From the human T2T-CHM13v2.0 reference genome, Homo sapiens: a stretch of 64,000 nucleotides of DNA. The DNA lies in NCBI RefSeq assembly GCF_009914755.1, contig NC_060927.1. One strand, given 5' to 3'. Below, piece by piece: positions 55,489 through 64,000 of this stretch. Every line of letters begins with the position of its first letter. The stretch's first letter is position 1. Both the position numbers and the translations under genes were made by a program. The notes beneath the pieces were generated by a model. That model was not told the DNA's origin. It made no database searches and saw nothing but the letters and a program-made list of their open reading frames with translations.

Positions 55489-56095
55489 TACCTCCTTCAA
55501 GTTGTTTAATTTTATTGACTATTATATTATTTCTAGAAATGATTTTGGGTTCTTTTGAAAATGGCTACGTTGTAATTCAAATTGAATCTGGTTTAGCCTG
55601 AGAATTTAATCACAGTTTTAGACATTTTAACACTTTCTTCTACCAAAAAATTTATGTGAATCATAGAGAAAGAAAAAGAAGGAGAAGTTGGACTGTTTCC
55701 AGTACTCATTGCTGTTGCACCAGTTATTTAGTCCCTGGTTTGTGGTTTCTTTTTCATCAAGATATTTGCTCTTTCTTCTACCCTTTTATTTAAATAAATA
55801 GGACCAATAAGGAAATAATTCATGCATGTTATGCATATAACATCTATTTTAAAACTTACCTGATGTTTTTCAGATAGACTTGTCATGTATTGTGTTTTTA
55901 ATTCTTATATTTACATGTCAGATTAATGACTACTACACATTTATTTAAATAGGTGTTTGTTTACTTAAGTAAATACACTTATTTTATAGTTGTGTCTGTG
56001 ACCTTTTTGGCACTTAACTGCTCCTGCTGGTTTTGTCTAGTGACAATCCCAGGAGATTGTTCCCCAAGGTGCCCTGTAATTTTGAACAATGACCT

Positions 56096-56777
56096 TGTAG
56101 GGGGAGAAAAAGATTTATTCCTCTCCTCATCTTCATAAAGGTCATGTCTAATATCCCTATAACAAAGATAGGTTAACAAGAGAAAAGCATAACAGATTTA
56201 TTCGATCATAGTTTTATGTGACATGGGAGCCTTCAGAATGAAGACCCTAAGACCCAGGGGTGAACTATTCATTTTTATGCTTAAATTCAATGAAGCATGG
56301 AAAGCCATGTAGAAATATGACTGGACAAAAGAAGGTAAGATCTAATGCCAATAGACAGTGGGGAAACCTAGCAAGTCCTGTCTGTTCAGATTCTTCTTGC
56401 CTTCTCTATCATAATATTTCTTCCTCCCATGTATCAGGCAGGACCTGATTGGGGATTGGGGGTTCTTTCTGAATTGGGGGTTCTTATGACCTACTATCAA
56501 ACAACGTAGGTTGGGTAATTTCTTTATGGCCAGCCCTTACACAGAAAAGTAGGAAAAGGTTTGAGTAATATTTTCAGGCTTGATGGCTGGCTTTGACATA
56601 AAAGGTTTCTGGTATCTATGACTGCCATAGGGAAGAAGGATTCTAGTTTCTATGGCTAGCCCTGGGGGAGAATGAGGGGTGAGGAACACGTGGGCAGGGC
56701 AAAGTGAGAGTAAAACTCTAGTTTTGAGGCTGCTTCTGAGGCCTTGATTTGGGGATATCATTTTCTGAGCCCCAACT
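56096..56777 (-). mobile_element. MER39 ERV1 solo LTR
   Basis: Minus strand starts .GTTGGGGCTCAGAAAATGATATCCCCAAATCAAGGCCTCAGAAGCAGCCTC; near-TSD ACCT/ATCT. Confidence 0.85.
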
Positions 56778-59149
56778 ATCTGAACTTTAGTAAGAATTTA
56801 ACTGAGGTTTCTTGTTTAACCTAGGGTGAGATAGTCTTCCGAAGCAGTTTTTCATGTGTTTCTTCTATCTACTCACACGTGTCAACCACTTTGCACCACT
56901 TTTTATTTTAAAATCACAGTTTGGAGAACCTTTTTTGTTTCCCTCAAAACCCAGACAGAAGTAGAAAATTTGTTTGTCAACTTGCTGTACCTGCAGATAT
57001 TTTATTTTTTCAAACTCATATTTCATGCAATGTGGAGTTCTTCAGATATTCTGGCTTATGTAGGGATCTTTGCTTTGACTTCACTCTTACAATCCAACAA
57101 AGCCTTGTATCTTGTCCCAATTTAGACATTAAAACCAAATCTAGCTGGTTGCCAGAACAATACTTTCCCTTTCCTTACACTGCCTACCACAAAGCTACGG
57201 AAGCATCAACTAACTCCTGCACTTATGCTCTGGTTTTCAATTTGCTGGTTCTTTTCTCTGTTTCTGGAACCTAGATATTGTGTTCCTTTTGTCTTTCCAA
57301 GATTAACAGGTATAAAAATGAATTTTTGACTATATTTTATTCAGAATTTTTATGCATTTGTACAGACAGAATTTTGAAGTTTTCTTATTTTACCATGTGT
57401 CATAACAAGTTATGCATTCTGGTTTTACTTACATGTGAACATTTTCAAATGACTTTTACACTCAATTTGTCAATAATTCTGTAGTTTATATATAGATTAA
57501 TTTAAAGAGTATTGATTAGAGGCAATGCATACATTGATCCCTTACCGGTATTTTCCTATGTTGGGAATTGCATTGTCCCATGTTGTAAATTGAAACATGT
57601 AAATAATTAATACTAATAACTGACCTGTAATTAATACCACAGATCTTTCATTTGTAGAAATTTGTTGTTGCTACATTTAAATAGAGGCCCTACTTTCTTT
57701 TCTGCATCAAGATACTTTCTCAGGCCAAAATAGTAGTTAGTGAATTTTGCCTTGAGTTTGAAGTTTTCCAAGAATTCACTATAACCCAAGTAGTCAGGCA
57801 CCACTTAAATGTACATGTCATAAAATTTTTTTATTCCTAGTTTAGATTATAACATTGCAAAGTTAGCCTGGTCCAGTTCCAATAAATTGTTTCTAATTAT
57901 TACTAGAGTTTTAATGAATTCATTATGAGATTTTCTATTTTAGCTCCAGCATCACTTTTTCATTTATGTTTAATAAAAATAAACTGTTTTCATTTTCCAG
58001 ATATGTTTGACTACGTTCGTATTTTAATTATTCCCAAATCATTATACCTAACTTCCTGCTTAAGCTGCATTGTCCCTACAAGTCTGTTTAGTTATCCATG
58101 CACTGTAGTGACCTGCTTTACTTCCTCCTTTCAAAAAGGTGTTCATTACTACTTTAGCAATCCTGACACTTTATTTTCTCTTCTAGATCTCCCAACTGTC
58201 TTGTTTTTAGTATAAGGATATGGAATGTTTTATTCCTTGATGCTAAACTCATTTCTTTTTGCTCCTACATTTGATGCTTTTAAAATGCCATATCCAAAAA
58301 CTTATGTTTCAGGTAATGAGTATGAGTATTCACGACCTTTTGCTTTATTGTAGACAAATTTGCCATTATAGTTATTATTTACTATAATAAATCATAATAC
58401 TATATGATCATAATAAATAATTTATACTAAATTCTGTGCCTCAACAATTGACAAATTACCAAGAGAAAGTCACAAAGTTGTATTCATAAGAAGACTCATC
58501 AGGACCAATCATCACTGTGTGGCTTTACTTGGTGTAGGTTTCTAAAATACCTGGAGCTCTAATTTTAGAAACTGTTAGCACAAAATGGATAATTTATATG
58601 TATGCAAATACTTGCTAGTAAAATACATCTTATTCAATATCTTCCTTAGGTAAATAAAAATGGTAAGTAATTTGAAATTAGGAGTCATAGTTCATAAATG
58701 TATTTTTCCACATCACCAACTTCATTAATTTTCTCATAGTCACCCTTTAATAATATTTATTGAATTAAATTCTGTTAGAATCAGCCCACCAAACACAACT
58801 CAGAGGTTCTATACTCCTGAGCCCTTCACCTCAGCGATGTAAAGTTAGAAAGGTCAGTTGTTTGGTGCTTTTCATGTTCATCTGGATCACCTTAACAGTT
58901 TTTGTAAATCTGAAATAAATGAGGTATATCAGGAAAATGTCCTGAAATTACTTCTGAAGAGCTGGAGAGTCCTTTTATCCAATATGTTAGACAAATAATT
59001 TAACAACAACAACAAAAAATCCAAGTCACTGAATGTATCTATAAAGAACTCAGTTTGGAGTCAGCAGTCCATTCCAAAGCTTTTTGTTGTTTCTTTTCAA
59101 TGAATCCAGGATCTTTCTCCATTTTCAATAACTTTAATGGAATGTAACT

Positions 59150-59333
59150 TTTCCAGTGATTCTCATATAAAACTTTATGAAGATCTTGTTGAAATACAGA
59201 TTGCTGGGCTCCATTCTTAGAGTTTCAGATTCAGTAATTGGGAATTGGGGTTCAAAAAGTTGCATTTTCAACAAGTTCCTGAGGATTACTGATGCTGATG
59301 GTGTTTGTGCCTGCCACACTTTGAGAACCAGTG
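59150..59333. mobile_element. MER5A hAT-Charlie MITE
   Basis: ACAGATTGCTGGGCTCC...AGAGTTTCAGATTCAGTA...GCATTTTCAACAAGTTCC...ACACTTTGAGAACCAGTG. Confidence 0.85.
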
Positions 59334-60551
59334 AACCGCTATATGCATTATTTCTTACTTTATGCATAGATTATTGAACCCCTCCAATTAATATCCTGTA
59401 GAATGCTATATTTTGTATTTGAATATAACAGTTAGGACTCTGTTAGTCAAAGTTTAGCATTTTCTTTCTTTCTCTTTTTCTTTCTTCTTCTTTTTAAATA
59501 TGCACTTATTTTTAACTTATTGCCCTTTATAACATTTTTGAGATGACCGATTAGTAGTGTTCACTAGACAATGGGTCAAAGATGACTATGATCAAGTTTG
59601 TATTATGCACTTACTTATTTAGCCACTCTTTGTCTCTCATCTTGTTCCAAAAGGATTTAAGACAGGTCAATCAAAGTAAAGCTAATGAAACCACAGACTT
59701 AACAAAACTGGGACTTGATTTCTGCAGCCCCTTTTTCTGGACTGAGTCATCCTGGTCCTAATTAACTTACCACAATTCAAGAAACCACAGTGGCCAAAAG
59801 AAGAATCATAATGATGATGGTGAGTGAACCCGGAACTCTTGTCTCATTTTCGAACACATTCCAAATACATATTCCACAGCATGCCTGATTTTACTACACA
59901 ACAATCAGCAAGAAAGTCACCTTAACACCTCCATCTATCTGCCGCTTGCCATAAAGCAGCTGCAATGTATTTACCGTCAACCGAGAAAGAAATCTATATT
60001 TATCCGGATGTGGAAGATGCTGAATTTACCGACAATTGACAAATTAGTCTGGAATGAGAATGCATATAAAAATAGCCTACAGTGTGCCATTATGTTGTGA
60101 CATAAATATATTGTCTCTTCCCTCAATTTATGCCAGAAGCAAATGAACAATGTTTCTGCAACATGAGTAATTTCTCATCCACATTAGTCTGCCTTTATTT
60201 TTTTTCTTTTATCTCTCTGAGTTTTCAACAGAGATAAGGGAAAATCATAATAACCATAGTGAATATCTACCCAATGAAATCCATATACGTAATTAGTAAA
60301 ATCTCCATAGGCTATGTGTCTAATTTCTAATTTAGTAGAAAATTAAATTTAAATTTATCATTTCTCACTCCCCATAGCTATATATTTATTTGTATATACG
60401 TAGGCATATACTCATATTTCTGTAATAACAATGTACTCTATATCTTAATATAAAATTCTTAGGCTTTTCATAATGTAGTCAGACAGATTTTTGCTCTTGG
60501 CTACAAATGAATGATTTGACATTTTTGGCCCCAAATCAAATCATTTTCAAC

Positions 60552-60780
60552 GAGGCGGTATAGTTTAGTAATTAAGAATATAGATCGGAAATCCTTGTTT
60601 TAAAAGCCAACTTTATTTTTACTCTCTGTGTGATATTTGGTTAAGTTAGCTATCCTCTCACAACCTCCATTTCCTTACCTTGGAAGCAAATATCAACCAC
60701 ACAGTCTTATTTAGGTACTAAATCGTGATTATATACAAACCTATAGTTTAATGTGTGATATTTAATCTTATTGAATTACG
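60552..60780 (+). mobile_element. MIR fragment
   Basis: GAGGCGGTATAGTTTAGTAATTAAGAATATAG...CTGTGTGATATTTGGTTAAGTTA...CCTCCATTTCCTTACCT. Confidence 0.6.
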
Positions 60781-61527
60781 AGTAGTGCTAATATTAGTAA
60801 TTATTGAATACTATTAGTCTTAAAATAAATATAGCAATAATATAGGCTTATTCAGTATACTTTGTCAATCATCCTGGCCACTGATCCCAGCATGGTACTG
60901 AAAACATTTTAGTTTATTTTCCTTAAAGATCAGCTTTCCTTAAAGATCATAAAGCTACCATATAAACTAGATACTCATATATCTTTCTCTTTTAGATTTT
61001 GCAGAGCTTTGCTTAACATATGTGTAACTTTAGTTAATTCTATAACAGCCAAATCCTACTGAAGCCAATGTAACAGATCCCTCCTACTCCCATCTTCCAT
61101 AATCATTCACTGCATTCTCATTATTTATCAACTACATTACAGATGTAAACTAATGTTTACAAGAGCTGCTGAAGATCATAGAGACTGGTTCAGTGGGTGC
61201 TCATTATACACTTTTGAATAATAAAGCCAAGATCCGCACAAATCTACTAGATACGGGAAAGATCACAATGTTTGTATAAATTATTCTGTGTAATTGTCAC
61301 TTCAAACTTGGGAAATAAAACATTTTTAACATGAATGTCAGTCAATGTTAGGTCAATTTTTTTTTTCAGTTTGTATTATGGCAGTTCCTTAATCTCAGAT
61401 ATTTGAATGTAGAAATAAGATATTTATTAGAGAAATCCTTTATCTAAAGCTCAATAGAAGAAGGTTTATGCCCATATTTTGACCCATTTTTGAGGTTGCT
61501 TCCAGATCTCTTTGTAAAAATGCCTGA

Positions 61528-62910
61528 TTCAAGGAAAGGACAGAAAATGCACAAGAAAAGCCTGGAGCATCATAGTTCCAGCAAATAAGAAAGTATAAAA
61601 CAAAAACGTAAGGAAACAAGAAAAAACACAGAATGATGGGGTATGCAACAGAGATAACAGGAGCCAACTGAAAGAGCTCCCAATGGCCAAAGTTGGAACA
61701 ATTTGAGCAAAATAAATAAAGAAGTAGTATTGTATTATAACCTGTTGTATAAAATAAGTAACCACCAGTTCATACTGACATAAACAAGTTATTAGCTAAA
61801 TAAGTACATGAAGAAAAGAGAAAAATCTCTTGTTCAGAAGAATTTCAAGAATTTATATAGATATTCCACCCTAAAGGAGATGGAAAACAATCCCCACTCC
61901 TTAACTGTAAGCTGTACATAGTAAATTTCTTTCAATGAGTAGAATACATAAAGACAATAAAAGAGTAACTTTACAATGTAAAAACCTGGCAAACACTACT
62001 CTGGCTAGGTCATCAAGGTTAACATTAACAGTCACAAGTCATGCTGATAGAATATACCCTTGATATGATATGATCAGAATGGCACAGCCTTAGTTCATTT
62101 TGTGTTATTATAACAGAACACCTGATACTTGGTAATTTATTTAAATAAAACCAAAACAGAAATGTATTTTCTTATAGTTCTGGAGGCTAGGAAGTCCAAG
62201 ACTAAGGCGGCAGCATCTGGCATCTGGTGAGGGTCTGCTACACCCTCACATGGTAAAAGGCAGTAGGGCTAATGAGAATGAACACTATGTCCTCACAGAG
62301 AAGAGAGAGAACCTAACTGCTATCCCTTTTTAAACAGCATTAATCCACTCAAAAGGGCAGAGCCCTCATGACCTAACACCTCCCAAAAGGCCCTGTCTCC
62401 CAGCACTGCTACTTTGGGGATCAAGTTTCCAACACATGAATTTGGAGGGAGACATTCAGACCACAGCAGGTAGGTTACTTTTATAGTATTCCTCCCCAGA
62501 AGCTATAATCCCAGTCAAATCATGACAAAAACATCAAACAAATTTCATCTGAGGGGCATTCTACAAAACATCTTACCAATAATTCTTGAAATTGTCAATG
62601 GTATCAAAAACAAGGAAAGTCTGAGAAACTGTCTCAACCAGTAGGAGCCTAAGAAGGCATGACTACTGAATGTAATGTGGTATTCTGAATAGGATCCTGG
62701 GATACAAAAAGAACTTTAGAGATAACCTGAGGAAATACGAATAAAGTATGAAATTTAATAATATATCAATATGTCTTCAGTAATAGTGACAAATATACCA
62801 TACTAATGTGAGATGTTAGTAACAGAGGAAGCTGGGTCTTGTATATACAATAACTGTCTGCTATCTGCACAGTAATTTTGTAACTGTAAAATGTTCTAAA
62901 GTAAAAAATT
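61528..62910 (+). mobile_element. L1MD/L1MC-like 3' end, interrupted by an MST LTR
   Basis: CAGGAGCCAACTGAAAGAGCTCCCAATGGCCAAAG..., AAGGAAAGTCTGAGAAACTGTC, ATGACTACTGAATGTAATGTGGTATTCTG. Confidence 0.85.
62086..62468 (-). mobile_element. MST/MLT1A-type MaLR solo LTR
   Basis: CTTAGTTCATTTTGTGTTATTATAACAG...AGTTCTGGAGGCTAGGAAGTCCAAG...GACATTCAGACCACAGCA. Confidence 0.88.
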
Positions 62911-64000
62911 ACTTTTTACAAGATCCATTTGTGTCCTATTAGAATAATTTAGTATGCATTTCAAGAGTTTCAAATTCAAAGTCTTCATCAAAGAAAGAAC
63001 TTTCTGTTGTTTTCTAAAATTGTATGAATATATAGGTAGCATTCATTCCCATATATCGACTCTATGACACAAAGATATTTAACAAATTATTTGAGTGTGG
63101 TATAATTGAGCAGAAATGGTGGGTGGGTGTAATTTTAAGTATCACAAATACAATTGCAATTGATTTTCAGTAATTCTCCCTCTGAGCAGAGTTGGTTTTG
63201 TATTTGAAAATTGCTCTGAGAGAAAACTAAAGCCACAAGCAGACCTGACACGTTATCATTGTTATTTTAAAGGAAAAGTAAAATCCGCAAATCACAAATA
63301 ATTGAGTTTTTCTTCTCCCCTAGTTCTTTTCCTCAGTTACATTGAAGGTACTTGTAAGAGTATATGCAATACTGTGTGTAGATTCTTTAAGAAAGCAATT
63401 TTTAATAATTATTTTAACAACAAGAATTATTTTCTACATTATTCATTTTCCTGGAGCAATTTCTCTCCTTATTTGGTTATACAATTCACTAAAATGATGT
63501 TGAATGTTATGCCTTTAAAACAAAACTGAATTAAATCATAATGCAGTAATCCATCATTTCTAAAGAGCCTACCGATGGATCCAAATGACTTAGCATGTAG
63601 ACACCATGTTGAATTCATATTATATTTAATGCTTTGTACTCACCATTATAGCAGGGAACAAAATATTGTTTTAGTTAATCTCTCACTGTCAGTGCCTGGA
63701 AAGTTTAATTATCAAAAGGACTATTTTTTACCTATATGTGAAAATGGACAACACTATTTGACAGCCCCTTTAAAATATTTCAAATTCCAGATTCACAGCA
63801 ATAGTCAATAGTCAATAGGAAAAAAAGATCATTTAAACCTAATATTAGTTACCAAAACAACTATTTATGATCAATTGTATTATACTATTACATTTACATT
63901 CCTTTTTTTCAAGGCAGTTTTTGTAAAAAGCACTTTCAATAGCTTCGTATTTGTGTATATATGGAATAAATTTTTAATATTTCAATTATAACTCTATAAA

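Larger units (their letters stand above)
54420..57370 (-). mobile_element. Fragmented old L1ME, host of the Alu/L1 composite and of MER39
   Basis: CCCTTCCCAGAGGCAACCACT; TCTTCACCCAAATCTAATCTGC...|...TTATTTCTAGAAATG is continuous across the insertion. Confidence 0.55.

Noticed and set aside
33178-60950. Small perfect tandem duplications (13 bp ~33180, 16 bp ~50566, 17 bp ~60919)
   Set aside because: Ordinary slippage indels

Overview
Primate (human-like) genomic DNA: AT-rich, CpG-poor and intergenic or deep-intronic. I found no supportable protein-coding exon, CpG island, tRNA, rRNA or CRISPR array, and the supplied ORFs are short and mostly read through repeats. Much of the window is old interspersed repeats: Alu J/S and FLAM, MIR, L2, L1M fragments, hAT and Tigger DNA transposons, and ERV1/ERVL/MaLR LTRs. 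Many are nested, with readable target-site duplications (TSDs). Repeat family names come from recalled consensus sequences, not a database search. The main highlights are: (1) two full-length THE1 proviruses head-to-head 145 bp apart, with DUX4-type motifs in the facing 5' LTRs; (2) an unassigned inverted repeat with 70-bp arms, 64/70 matching, at 39841-40080; (3) a ~365-bp foldback MITE-like palindrome; (4) a CpG-retaining segment near 24.5-25 kb with a disrupted, possibly Gypsy-gag-like frame and CCAAT/MYB/RFX motifs; (5) young 63-bp and 45-bp tandem duplications; (6) an Alu plus inverted-L1 composite inside one TSD. I cannot claim a new biological system from sequence alone.
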